Shown piece after piece: positions 10,406-23,329 of a DNA stretch of 64,000 nt (positions within the stretch are counted from its first letter, which is position 1; each line of letters starts with the position of its first letter). This DNA comes from Leucoraja erinacea (lineage: Eukaryota). The stretch spans positions 22,940,001 to 23,004,000 of the forward strand of contig NC_073389.1 of NCBI RefSeq assembly GCF_028641065.1, read 5' to 3'. The notes beneath the pieces were generated by a model. The model saw only the letters and a list, made by a program, of their open reading frames with translations, did no database searches and was not told the DNA's origin. A program made the translations under genes and the position numbers.

Positions 10406-13400
10406 GGTTCTAAGGGTTAAATGTTGGTATGTGTGATGTTCATGCTTTGTGTGTGGAGGTTATGGTGCGTGTATTGAAAGATGAGACGTTGTTTGTTGAC
10501 CTAATGTTGAGCAGTGTTGGAACAATTTAGGAAGATGAAGACTGAGATGTCAGAGTAGGAGTGAGATTAGGAATGGAAGTTGTGTGTAACATGATATACA
10601 GAGACATGTTAATTGTAAAACAACTACTGTTTTATCTATCTCCCAGTCTTTCTCTTGCCATGGTTAATTGAACACTTTTTGGCATTGCCACTATTACTTT
10701 CTTCCTCGCTTCTCTTAATTGTCTAAAATTTAATTTAACTGGTCTAACAGTTGATCTGCATCAAAGATACCTCTTCCCTTCATTTCTTCTCAGTAGTTTA
10801 TCATTCTATTCTTTCTACTTAACTTACAGCATTTATAACATCCCCTCTCTTTACAAATAAAGATATAGAGCATTCATTTAGAACTACTATATGTCGCATG
10901 TTAACTTTTTAATCTCCTGAAGACACTTTAATTTGTCTTTTCTGCACTTTTAAAACATCTTTGGCTGGCCTTGATTTTTTTTTTTTTACAGTATTATTTC
11001 TAGCACTATCTTTCCCACCTTAATTCCATCTCTCTACTTTCTATACTCGTAGCATTCTGCAATATTGAGCCCTTGTTATCTGACATAAGCTCCTTTCTTT
11101 TACCTTATACCCAGAATGTTTGCTGCTTAACATCCCTCGATTTGTAAGTCCAAAGTCTTATCTTGTTGGTAAAATATTTTCTCTGAACCTTGTTGTCATC
11201 TCTATAGATGCCCAACGTGTCTGAAATACTTTAGCCCATTCTTGTATCACAGCCTGATAAAATTGGTCATGTCGTTGATGCACCAAGATAGAGTGGCACT
11301 GGTCTCTTTTGCACTTGAAGTTACTAGTCTCATAGGCTCCAAGTGTAAAATGATGCTTAATTTAGGATATGATTGAAAGTGCCATTATGGTTTACATTAA
11401 GCCTCACTGAATCATAAACAAGTCTAAAATATGATACCAAAATTTAATTGGGAATGGAGTGAGTTATTACAGGCCACACACACACGAGCACTTGGCAGAA
11501 GGGTAAATAGCACTAAGGACTTGGGATTCTTTTGTGGTTATGTCTCAAAGAGGTTCAGTGGGCACTCTGTCTGTACCTACCTGTTTATTTATGTATTTTA
11601 ATTGTGGATTATTAAATTCTCATGTCAGTTATTGACTTTACAACCACCCTGACACCCAGTTATACGAGGACATCTACACTATTCAGAATCTTTTTAATTC
11701 GTTCTAGCCTTTGAAGTGTTTCAATGAAGGGAAACTTGTTTTTAGACGATCTGTCAAAGATGCTGCCTTTGTGAAGTCACAGATGCTTGCATTTATTACG
11801 ATTTTGAAGAATTTCTCAAGTTCATAATCCTTAGAAGTTAATGATTTATGTGAGTGGTTCTTAACCTGTATAGGTATTATGAACAAACTCTTTATTTGTG
11901 AAAGAGCTAAGCTGGTTTTGTTATGTGTTTAGTTAAAAGCAACACAGGTTGTGGAAACCTGAACAAATCAGAGAATCTAAAGGGGTAAATTAAACCTAAT
12001 AACCATTTTTTTGTTCTGATGTAGTCTATTCATTTAGTGTGATATGAACTGAGCACCAATGGTGTGCAGAAAAAAGAACTGCAGATGCCGGTTAATACAC
12101 AGGACACAAAGTGCTGGAGTAACTGAGCATAGGCAGAATATAATAAATTATGGTACTACATTATAATATACTTTCAGAATCAACACCTTTGAGATAGGAT
12201 TTTTGAACACGCATGGATAGTCACTGTATCCAACTGCAGCAAAGTTGACTCTCCTAAAATAGACACCATGGAGCTTTATAGTGAGTCATTGCAAAGCTCT
12301 AAGAAAGCTCTATGCACTGATGGCATGATTCATGCAAGCACACACATTTATCAGTTTTCAATGGAAAAAGGAAGAACCCTGCTGTCAGCCTGTTTCACCT
12401 GCACCCGCCGTGGAGATCTCAATTGTCTTTTAAAACACATACTTCCAGCATGTGGACCGGACTTTAGACTTTTTCTTTGTATACGTTGCCAAAAAATGAC
12501 GGCTGTGCATTTGTGGGTTGTGCAAAAGCCTTTCACTGCACTGTGCATATGTGACAATAAAGAACCATTGAACAATTGGTTACTCGGCTCAAAATGATCT
12601 TTGTAGAAGGTGGGACAATGAGGAAGAGAAATGGAACATTCGCCCTTCTGGACAATGCTGCTGTCTTTCGTTAAGGGCTATTGCATTATTGCTGAATTTA
12701 TCACTTTGCATTTGTAAAATATAAAGACGCAAATATTTTTGTAGCATAAGTAAGAAAACAAAATGCTGATAATCCCTTTACGACCCCTTGGTATCAGCAG
12801 CATTGTATTTTTGCTTTGTTGCTGTGTGCCTGTGTATAGTTGAATGTAACAACTATTATATTTACGTACAGAAGTATTTCAGATACATGAATCAAAACTA
12901 TATAAAAAGTCTAAAAATAAATAGATCCATCTCAACCTTATAGTTTTATTGGAAACTCATTAATTAAGTCATGCACTGTCCTCATATACTTGTATGTTGG
13001 GTCGCTATTTAGTGGAGTCAATGTGCGTTCCCTGGAATATTTCTCTGGCTATTATGTTTTACAGTATGTGTAACTAAAATTTTGCAGTACTTTTACAAAT
13101 TCACTTCCATATTTTTTCAGTTGCATGAAATTCCATTCTGATTTTTTTTTTTATTCACATCTCGCCTTTATTCAGATATTTCCAATTTGGTTAAAATTCA
13201 AACAGCATGCAGATGACCTCTGCTTTTTGTCCGTTCGGCTAATTCGCCTTTGAGGAATTCAGAACCTTGATCTAGGGAACAAAAATCATAATCATACAGA
13301 ATTTACATGAGAAAAAGTAAAGATAACTTTTTTCCAACTTGCATTTCTTGATTCACATGGAGTTGAAGCAGCTTTGCACGGTGGAAAATCGTGATGTGTA

Positions 13401-13571
13401 TGATTTTCTTGGACGCAACCCTATCCCCCGTAACGTGGTGTCATCTGTATTTGGCTCCCCCCTTGCCTATCATTTTTCCCCATTTTCGTGAAATCGTACA
13501 ATCACCTCAGGAGTTGAGGTGTATCAAATCTTGACCTAATTATTGATATTTTCAATTAAAACTTTGGGAGA

Positions 13572-13770
13572 TCAAGTCAAGTCAAGTTTATTCGTCACAT
13601 ACACATACGAGATGTGCAGTGAAATGAAAATTGTCAATGCGCGCGGACTTTATGCAAAAAAACAAACAACCAAACAAACTACAAACAGAATGGAACAGAT
13701 TCACATATTCTTTTACATATTAAATATTGTGGGCGGAAGGAAAAAGGAAAGAAAAAACACAAAAAAAATG
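13572..13770 (-). mobile_element. 3' tail of a Rex1/L2-group LINE
   Basis: (TCAAG)3-TTTATTCGTCACATACAC is the reverse complement of GTGACGAATAAA(CTTGA)n. Confidence 0.55.
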
Positions 13771-15403
13771 GTATGGAATATATTGGTTCTTATAATTCAA
13801 AATACCTAATCTTTGTACATAAATTGCACAATGCTAAGGCTGTTTTAAAGGTTAAGATGACGTTTCTGAGGATAGGAGAACAATTTTTTCCCACTGCTGC
13901 ATTGAGTCCTCACTCCACAAATATGAGAGAGTTTAGTTTAGTTTATTGTTTCATATATTGAGGTGCAGCATAAAGCATGTTGTTGCTTGAGCAGATCCTA
14001 GTGGAATATGGGTGGAAATCACATTCAACAACATGTTGAAATACCAGGTAACCTGTGCATAATTGTGGCCCTTGTGGTCTCCTGAATTTAGCTTAGATAG
14101 CCTACGAATGGTTTATGAGAACATTTTCAGACTCGTTTATTACCTTAATAGTGTTAGGAGTTTTCTCTTTCGAATTTCTCCACACAATACGTGGCTGTAA
14201 ATGGGTAAGGGGAGTTTTTATATTTCACTTTAGTGTGAGGGAGATTTGACAACCAGACGGTCCATTCCTGCCTGCTATGGCTTTAATACTTAAGGTTAAG
14301 TATATGGCGGATATGGGGGACAACAAACAAATTTTAATTTTCATTCATTTAAATGATATTTCTTGGTAATTTAAGTGTTTGTTATTTTTTTTTATAAATA
14401 TTACAGCTAGATTACAAAATATAGCAGATTTAAAATGTTTGGGATTAAAATGTTTGATATGAACAGCGTTCCTGTGCTGCAAGGCTTTATGTGTATTCTT
14501 AGATTGTAAGCTACCCAAGTGAAATTTGTGCATGCAGCCATATCTATCACTTATTCTAGTATTATCCTTGAGTGTGAGATTCAGCAATCTGTGTTTGGTT
14601 TCAAACCAAATGGGGCGAGTTTCACCTACACTAGTTCAGATCAATTCAGCACCATCCAGTTAGCATATCTGTAACTTTGTCAAACTAAGACAATACATCT
14701 ATGCAGTGCATGTAAAACATCTTCTTTGGTTGTTAGAATTTAAGGCACCAGTGGTTTAAGATACACTTCATGAAAGTCTTTGAATGCTGTTTCTTTGACT
14801 AATATCTGGGACATTTTGGGAAATGTTGAAGCTAATTTTTCCCCACAATTTTTCACCAGACTTCTTGGAAACCTCACATAGCCCTTTTAAAACACTGATC
14901 AAATAAAATGTTGGCTGAAAGCAGCCGTTAATGTAAAAGTAACATTTTCCCCAGGAAACATTTCTGTTGCTGCTCTTAGCTAAAACCTCTGAATCCTTTG
15001 GAAATTTGTGAAAATTTTCCTCTGGATTTCAATGAAGTATATTAATTGTCTGGTCTGCACAATGTTGAGGAGGCCATTTTGTTAGCAATATATACACTTT
15101 GCAAAGCACATGTGCACGCACCTAATTAATAATAAATAATTTAGTAAGCTATTATTATTGAAACATATCTGTCAAATAAACATTTGTTCAGTACAAACAG
15201 GATATTTTGATGATAAAAAAATCTTTCAAATGAAGCATCCAGTGCAAAAACATCACTGAAGCCGTTGTTCAGAAATACGTAGACATGGTTAAAAGCACCC
15301 AACACTGTTTTTAAGAATTTGATTTTTAGGTTTTCAACCAAACCATTTAGTGTTCTCCAATACCCAGTTCCACTGAATCTACATCAAAATTCCTATAGGG
15401 CAT

Positions 15404-15580
15404 GGGAGCACATTGGCACAGCGGTAGAGCTGCTGCCGAACAGTGCCAGAGACCTGGTTTCGATCCAGATTACGGGTGCTGTCTGTAAGGAGTTTGGAAG
15501 TTCTCCCTGTGACCTGCGTGGGTTTTGATCTCCGTAGGCTGAAGGACCTGTTTCCGTGCTGTATCTCTAAACTAAACTAA
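15404..15580 (+). mobile_element. HE1-like V-SINE, internally deleted
   Basis: tRNA-like head TGGCACAGCGGTAGAGC...GGTTTCGATCC, V-domain gtctgtaaggagtttg...tctccctgtgacctgcgtgggtttt, and tail cctgtttccgtgctgtatctctaaactaaactaa. Confidence 0.8.
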
Positions 15581-16136
15581 AGGGCCTGTCCCACTTACGT
15601 GTCCTTGGAATGCAAATTACGCAACCTCATGGTCGCATTGAGCCGCGACGGTCCCGCGCGACTTCATTCGACCGCACTGCCGTCTGGAGCGCATGATGTC
15701 ATTTGAAGATGGACGCAAAATGCCGGAGTAACTCAGTGGGACTGGCAGTATCTCTGGAGAGAAGGAATGGATCTTGACCCGAAACGTCACTCATTCCTTC
15801 TCTCCAGAGATGCTGCCGGTTCCGCTGAGTTACTCCTGCATTTTGTCTCTATCTTCAATTTTCTTGGCCCCGCTCTGGGAGTTGAAGTGGGGGCGGATCC
15901 GGACCGCAACGGCCGTGAGCCCCAGGCCGAGCTCGGCGATCATTTGCCTGCTTCTGCTGCTGTTAGAGGTGAGATGTTGCGTCATGCCAGGGTCTTCGGC
16001 CTGTCCCACTTTGGCCGTCAGTTCCATGACAGGCCGTTGGCGCGCGAAGATTTTGTTCGCTCCAAACATTTCAGAGCCCCGCGCGATGTCGCGCACAACT
16101 ACATACCCCTCCTCGTTTCTCAGTGGGACTGGCCCC
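15581..16136. mobile_element. PIF/Harbinger-type MITE with a nested fold-back repeat (15710-15856)
   Basis: TAA|AGGGCCTGTCCCACT at the left end, candidate right TIR AGTGGGACTGGCCCC at 16122-16136, CpG-rich interior. The right boundary is uncertain. Confidence 0.5.
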
Positions 16137-16409
16137 ATGTGGCCTATACGATGCCCGAGCGCCTCAGAAAGGTCTCGACTCGAAATGCCACCCATTCCTT
16201 CTCTCCAGTGATGTTGCCTGTACCGCTGAGTTACTCCAGCATTTTGTGTTTATCTTAAACTAAAAGGCAATACTTTCTAAACACTGTACATTGTGTAAAA
16301 AATATTATCTTCACACCATCTCTAGTCCCGTTGTCAATCAGCTCAACTCTGCAATTGAACCTTTGGCCTCGTATCTCTATCCAATTGTTTCCTGTCAATC
16401 CTGACCACA

Positions 16410-16870
16410 AGTGCTGTCTGTGTCGAGTTTGCATGTTCTCCCTGTGATCACGTGGGTTTCCCCCGGGTTCTGGTTCCGGTTTCCTCCAACATTCTAAAGA
16501 TGTGCAGTTTTAATGGCCTCCGTAAATTGCCCCTACTGAGTAGTTAAGTGGATGCGAAAGTTGGATAACATAGGGTGAAGATAGTCACAAAGTGCTAGAG
16601 TAACTCAGCACGTCAGGCAGCATATTTGCAGAAAAAGGATGGGTGATGTTTCGGGTCGAAACCCTTCTTCAGACCCACCCAAAACGTCACCCATCCTTTT
16701 TCTTCAGAGCTTCTGCCTCACCGCTCCAGCATTTTGTGTCTATCTTCGGTATAAAACAGCATTTGCGGTTCCGTTCTACACATAGAGCTAGTGTGAATGG
16801 GCGATCAATGGTTCGCATGGACTTGATAGGCAGAAGGGCATGTTTCCATGCTGTTTCTCTAAACAAATCA
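16410..16870 (+). mobile_element. HE1-like SINE interrupted by a Penelope-derived fold-back repeat (about 16578-16782)
   Basis: The SINE body stops at ggataacata and resumes at gagctagtgtgaatgggcgatcaatgg. The insert between is self-complementary (cacaaagtgctagagtaactcagc...ccgctccagcattttgtg). Confidence 0.75.
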
Positions 16871-19631
16871 AAGATTGTGACCCGCAAGATATAATGTGAA
16901 TATGGAATTTACCTGTTGGGTCCGAGTCCATTGTGTCCTAGGAAGATATCACTGGTTCAAGAGTGCTCAATAACAGTCAGTCCCAGGGTAACAAGGAGCA
17001 GTCTGAAGAAGGGTCCCGACCCAAAATGATGCCATCCACAGATGCTACCTGACCTGCTGACTTACTCCAGCACTTAGTGGTTTGCTCAAGATTGCAGCAT
17101 TCTCTGTGTCTCTCATGTGTAGATCCCCCTGCATTGTCCCAGAATTGCCAGGAAGTGCAGAGTCAGATTTCAGGAGTGATGCAACGTATCCCAGAAATGA
17201 TCATCGTTATATGCCACTCTGTAATAAGCATGCTTACAATCACGTCCTTTGAAATAAACAGCTTTACACAATCTAATTTCTGGACAGACATGTTTATTGA
17301 CCTGCTAATGCTTTGACGGTTAGAATGCCTTTGGGATTCATGAACCTTGTGTTGTAGTAATACACAGGAGGTTAACAAGGTCACTGAAGCTTATAGATAA
17401 ACTTGGCAGTGAACTGCTTTAAAATTATGCCTTCACTTTGAGAAGCCTTGTGGCAGGTTCGCATTACAGCTCTGTCACTAAAAACAGCCAACGTTCAGAG
17501 GAGAAAAAGTGAAAGAGGATGGCAGCATTTGCGGAAAGAGTGACAGTTAATGTTTCGGGTCAATGACTTTTCACCAGCATCGGCCAAATCTAAGGTGATG
17601 GGGGGGAAAACTGAGGGGCAACTTTTTTTACAGAAAGGATGGTAGGTGTATAGAAGGAGCTGGTATGTTGAGGCAGACATCACAACATTCAAGAAACATT
17701 TAGGCAGATGCATGGATAGAACAGGTTTAGAGGGATATCGGCCGAACGCAGTGGGACTAGTGTAGGTGGAGCATGTTGGTAGGTGTGGGCAAATTGGGCC
17801 GAAGGACCTGTTTTCAGTCTGTTTGACAAAGTTGGAGAAAGCAAGTTTTAAATCGCAGAGTAGTATGGAGGTAGTGCAGTTAGAAGTGTACAGAGGAGAA
17901 ATGCCTTCCTCTTCCCCTTTTCCTCCTGCTTACCTGGGATGAGGCAAGAGCAGGAGAGAATAAACAGTGCGCCTGATGGGGGATGCATACTGAAAGGGAG
18001 TATTTGAGCTTAATGAATGAAAAAGTCTTTGTCTGGATGGCTAAAATTTGAAACTACTGCAAGGGTAGAAAGAGAAATTGAAGACTGGAAATGAAGACAA
18101 TCTGCAAAGACGACCCAGCTATTCCACTTTAAAAAAAGAAATGAAGTGCTGGAGTAACTTAGTAGGGTCAGGCAGCATCCCTGGAGAACATGGATAGGTA
18201 ATGTTTTGGATAGGGACACTTCTTCAGTGACTGTCTGAAGAAGGGTCCAGCATTTTGTGTCTTCCTTGGTAAATCAGCATCTGCAGTTCCTTGTTTCTAC
18301 AGATATTCCATTTGCCTGATACAAAACGCCACCCCACACTGATTGATCACTGTCCTTGGTGTCCTTGTTCCAACCGAACTCAAGGAATAGCATCTTATCT
18401 TCATCAACATTTTTCTGGATACAACACTGAATTCAAAAAGGGCAGATATTCACCCATTCCAACCTTCTATCTCATATTTCCAGCTTTGCTTATTTCTCTC
18501 CTCTTCAGGTGCATTCCGGTTTAATGTGGTTTCTCCTATTTACCTGTATACAGATTCCTATTTTGTTATCCTCTTTCAGGCAGCACCACCACCCTTTGTG
18601 TCATGTAATCTCTCTGGATCCCTAATGTATAATAGTCCTTCCATTTTGTATTCTCTGCCCCTTCCCCATCTCTTCTCACATGCCAAGACCCGAGAAAGAG
18701 TTGCTCACAAATTATGTTATGGGGTCTATTCGTAAAGAAATGAATGAGTAAAAATTAAAGCTAATGATGCATTTTTGCTTTCTGCAAAAATCTTCAATGT
18801 ATCTGGAATAACAGAACACAGTGGGCAAAATCATTTGACATATAAATGGTTTATTCTAATAAAAACATAAATATTCCTGAAACAAAGCAAAAATGTTAGT
18901 TCTAGCTAAATTTTAAAAAGCCTACTAATGAGATGTACCACATAGAAAATTAATTTTCTGGAATACAATTGTTAGGCAATTAACTTGACATGCAATTTTA
19001 TTGAAAACATGCAATATATTTTTACAGGGAAATATAAGTTTATCCTCACAGTAATTATGTTGTGCTGGCTGATAATCCTGTTCGTTGAATGTAGTATAAA
19101 TTACTTTAATTGATTAAATATTCAAAGTCATGGCTCATTTACCTCAATATCAATGTTCTTGTGTGTGATGGAATGAGGCGGACAATAATTTGTCAAAACT
19201 GCTACAAAAGAAATTCTCGTCATTTATGTGGTTAACAAACGCTTAACATCAAATTGAACATGAACTGGGATAAACTGATGCTGAAAAACATTGCTCAAGC
19301 ATTTAACTTTAAAAGTCCCGATTTGCAGGCAACAAAAATTACCAGTTAAAATCTGGCTTAACAAGAGAGGAAAGTTGTTTGAGGATAAAGAAAATATCTT
19401 TAAGCAAATATTCAGCATGTGGAGCGAGGGAGAAAAAAAATTGCTAATTGCTGGAGGAATGCATGAGGATGAGCAGCATCTGGGGAGAATAAGAAATTGT
19501 CGACATTTCTGATCAAGATCCTGTATACACCCAACTTTGATCTTGAACGATGTATGTTGACACTGGAAACATGGTGACTCTTGTATTCTGCCTCGGGGTG
19601 ATCTACTTTTCTTACACTCTTGTACTTGGGT

Positions 19632-19910
19632 AATGGCCGCCTCGCCAACAGTCTGTCTCGTCCCTTCTCTGTTTTTATTGTTTTAAGTATGTCTTAAATG
19701 TATGTTTCTTGGTATGTTTTATGTGGGGGGTGGGGGATCTGGGGAAACTTTTTTCAGCCACTTACCCCGACGGAGATACGATTTTTTGCCCTGTCGCAAC
19801 TCCTCTTCCCCCCCGCTGCGGCCTAACAACGCAGAGTGGAGTGGTCTTTCCTGAAAACCGACCCGGAGCTTCAAGCCGCGGGGGCCGCGCGGATTTTGAC
19901 ATCGCGGAAT
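19632..19910 (+). mobile_element. Unclassified CpG-rich interspersed repeat (5' part), inserted within a fold-back repeat
   Basis: aatggccgcctcgccaacagtctgtct...tttatgtggggg...cttaccccgacggagatacgatttttt...ctgcggcctaaca is collinear with 62978-63240. Confidence 0.7.
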
Positions 19911-20274
19911 GTAGGGTCTCAATTCAGAACGTCGATAATTCCTTTCCTCCCACAGTTGTTGCTCAACCCGCTAAGTTCCTCCAGCAATTTTGTTTGCTCC
20001 AGATTCCAGTATCTGCAGTCTCTTGTGTCTCCATTCAGCATTCAGAAAAGTGCAAACCAAGCAGAGTAAATGCAGATGAGCAAAAACTATCCCAAAGGGA
20101 ATAAAATAGAGGACTTTGAAACAAAGGAAACATTGCTCTCATATCCATCATACTTTAAAAAATATATTTCACAAAGACTGTCAAATGGCCTAAGTGGAAG
20201 CTTGAAATAAGCATAGCAATGCAACAGTAATGTTTTTACCCAGTGATGGAACTGATTTATCAAAGTGTTAAATA

Positions 20275-20700
20275 AAGAACTGCATATGCTGGAAAAACCG
20301 AAGGTAAACAAAAATGCTGGAGAAACTTAGTGGGTGAGGCAGCATCTATGGAGCGAAGGAATAGGTGACGTTTCGGGTCTGAAGAAGGGTCACCTATTCC
20401 TTTTCTCCATAGATGCTGCCTCACCCGCTGAATGTCTCCAGCATTTTTGTGGTCTGAAGAAGGGTCTCGACCCGAAACGCCACCCCTGACTCGCAACAAT
20501 CCCCTGCTGCTTACAGGCTGCGCCTGCCGCTGCCACCTCCGACCTTTACCTGCACTCCGGCCGCCCATGGGTCACAACCAATGACTCCGCCGATCCTCGT
20601 CTCTTCCCCGGCCACCAGCAGGCCGGGGACGTCACTTGGTTTGCAGGCCCAGTTCTGGACCGAGAGTCTGAAGAAGGATCTCGACCCGAAACGTCATCTC
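20275..20700. mobile_element. Cluster of Penelope-derived fold-back repeats with hammerhead-like cores
   Basis: Palindromic unit at 20308-20450, plus motifs GGT-CTGAAGA-AGGGTCTCGACCC-GAAA-CGCC-ACC (20451-20484) and GT-CTGAAGA-AGGATCTCGACCC-GAAA-CGTC-ATC (20666-20698). Confidence 0.7.
20666..20698 (+). ncRNA. Putative minimal type-I hammerhead ribozyme motif (Penelope-associated)
   Basis: CUGANGA box (20668-20674), short imperfect stem II, GAAA (20688-20691), palindromic ACGU in place of stem III, and a GUC triplet. Activity is untested. Confidence 0.5.
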
Positions 20701-21087
20701 TGTGTCCCCCAAGTGCACCATTTACTTCCCACATCCCAAAGACATGTTGATAGGTTCATTGGCTGTTATAGATTACTCAGACCGGTTTAGTGACAAAAGA
20801 CGCTGTTGATGGACATACAAGTTGCAAGAAAAGAAGAGATGGAAAGGGTCTGATGGGAGTGCGTTTTTGAAGGCCAGCATGAATACTGGACTGAATGGCC
20901 TCCTGTATCAAAATAAGTAACTAGATTTGTGTTGGATTTGCTGACGGAATTACAGAATTAAACACTTAATAATGCAGCAAATATGTGTGTCTTACTCGGT
21001 GTAGTCAATAGTAATATCTTGACTCCTATGCATGCATTAATTTGCAGTTTGTATTTCTATATATACATAAAATGAAAGTAATGAGTT

Positions 21088-21370
21088 TGTCATAAAGAGT
21101 CATATAGCATGGAAACAGGCCCAATTTGCCCACACTGATCAACATGTCCCATCTACACTCATCCCACCTGCATGCATTTGGCCCATATCCCTCTAAACCC
21201 ATCATATCCATGTACCTGTCTAAATGTTTCTTAAATGTTGCAACAGTACCTGCCTCAACTACCTCTCTTCCAACTTGTTCTATATATCCACCACTCTTCG
21301 TGTAAAAAAAATTACCCCCCTGGTTTCTGGTTAATCTTTCCCCCCTCACCTTAAACCTATGTCCTCTTGA
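21088..21370 (-). mobile_element. CR1 LINE 3' fragment
   Basis: Reverse complement of the CR1 3' end at 28630-28920 (..GTVATFKKHLDRYMD..). Confidence 0.8.
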
Positions 21371-23329
21371 TCATTTTATGATACATCTCGTGTATCATTT
21401 TTTAAATTCATACATCAACTCGGTAATTGTTGAATTAGTTGATATTGTATGTCAGATTGAACTGAATTTTTTGAACATTGTCAATCAGATATACATTTCA
21501 TCACAGGAAAGGAATCAATTTGTACAGAAAATGGAATTTGAGCTATTAAATTGTACTTAATATTATTTAATACTTGAGTATCAGCAACGTTTTACTTTGG
21601 TTAAACCAGCTTTGCATCCGAAGCCGTCCCACCTGCAAAACTGTTATCCCCCCAGGAAGGAAAGGCTCTATTGTGTTTATACATTTATACAAGGGAGTTC
21701 ATCATCACAGTGAGCCTACATCCTCAGGCACACATCCACTTGTGATGACATGAATTCAGCATTAATTACCTGACCAGTCAATTGAAGCCACCAACCAGAA
21801 TTGCCCTATTCCTGGAGTAATTAGTTAAAAAGCAAGTCCCGATGGTGCTAAATCAGCCAACTGTTCAAGCAATTCATATTGAATTACAGGATAAAAAAAT
21901 ATATAATTTTACACCCCACCAAGATACGTTTGCTTCTTCCCTTGCGATTTCCAGCCTTGCTCAAGCAGAATTTTGTTTTCCTTGCCTCTAATACAATGTC
22001 AGGCTTCTCCCTTCAAATCCCATTGGCCCGATTCCAGAAAGGCTTCAGTTACATCAGATTATACAGCTTTCTTTGCCGACCAGCCAATTTTGTCTCGTCT
22101 TCCGAAAGTGCGGTAGGTCAAAAGTGCTTGGAAAAATTCAGTTGTCACCAGTTAATTATCTCAAAATGTCAAGCCATTTTGACATATTGATTTTTCAAAA
22201 TTGAAATATTGAATCTAGGTAGTTGACTGAAAGTGCTGCACTGAGGGAGGTAAGTGTGGGCATCGAAAATATCCTGTACTTCAAATCCCCTTTCTGACAA
22301 CCCAGAAAATACAATTGAATTGAATTAGAGGAAACGGGAAGAAATTGAAGGAACATTATTTCAGTCAGATTGCTTCGTGCTTGACGTGAGCAGTTTCATT
22401 AAAGTAGTTTCATTAAAGGGATCCAAATAAAAGCAAATTCAGTCATTATTTTTATGCATGCAAGACTTTATACACTGTGTTTGGGATCTGTATATTCTCT
22501 GTGTGACTATGTGCGTTTCCCCTGGATGCTTCCAGTTTCCTCATATGTCAAAGATGTGCTGGTAATTTTACTGGTCACGGTAAAATTGTTTCACATGTGA
22601 CAAAATAATCAAAGAGGAGTGGACGTGCGTGAAGATTACAGGAAAAAAGAGGAATGGCACTGATTGGATTGCTGTGCTGGGAGCCAGCATGAGCTTGTTA
22701 CTTGGGCTTTAGCATTTAGACTCTCACACAGTCTGAAGTCTTTAACTGTTAAGGCCTGTTAAGTGTTAATCTGGAAGTGCAGCAAAATAGTAAGATTAAA
22801 CGAGAACTTACCAGTTTGAAGTTTGATCTGTATTTTATGAGGAGGAACGTTGAGAGAATACGTGAAGAAGCCCGCTTACGACGCATGCGTGTCATCCTTC
22901 AAAGCAGCGGTGTGAGGTCACAGATATCCTATATTGACCTAACATGGTAAGATTATGAAAGAGATACCAGTTTTTGATATGATCATAAGAGGGTGGGAGC
23001 GGAGGGCACGTATTCCCTCAACGTTCCTCCTCATAAAATACAGATCAAACTTCAAACTGGTAAGTTCTCGTTTAATCTTACTATTTTACTTCGGAGTCAC
23101 GTGAGTGACTACGTGAAGATTTCAAAGCTCTGTGACCTCATGCCGTGGAACGAGTCCATGCTTCACAACTGCCTTGGTTGTGGGGAGAAATGATGTTAAC
23201 ATCATTAAACATAATACGATATTGAAACCCAACTGTAAAATATTAAATCCAATTATTGCCCCTATAGTGCAGTGAATTATATATGCAGACTTAAAATTGT
23301 TTCTGCAATTCTTCCAGGTTTAATAACTG

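Noticed and set aside
22784-23087. Large hairpin interpreted as a miRNA precursor or MITE
   Set aside because: It is fully explained as the DIRS terminal extension pairing with its ICR.
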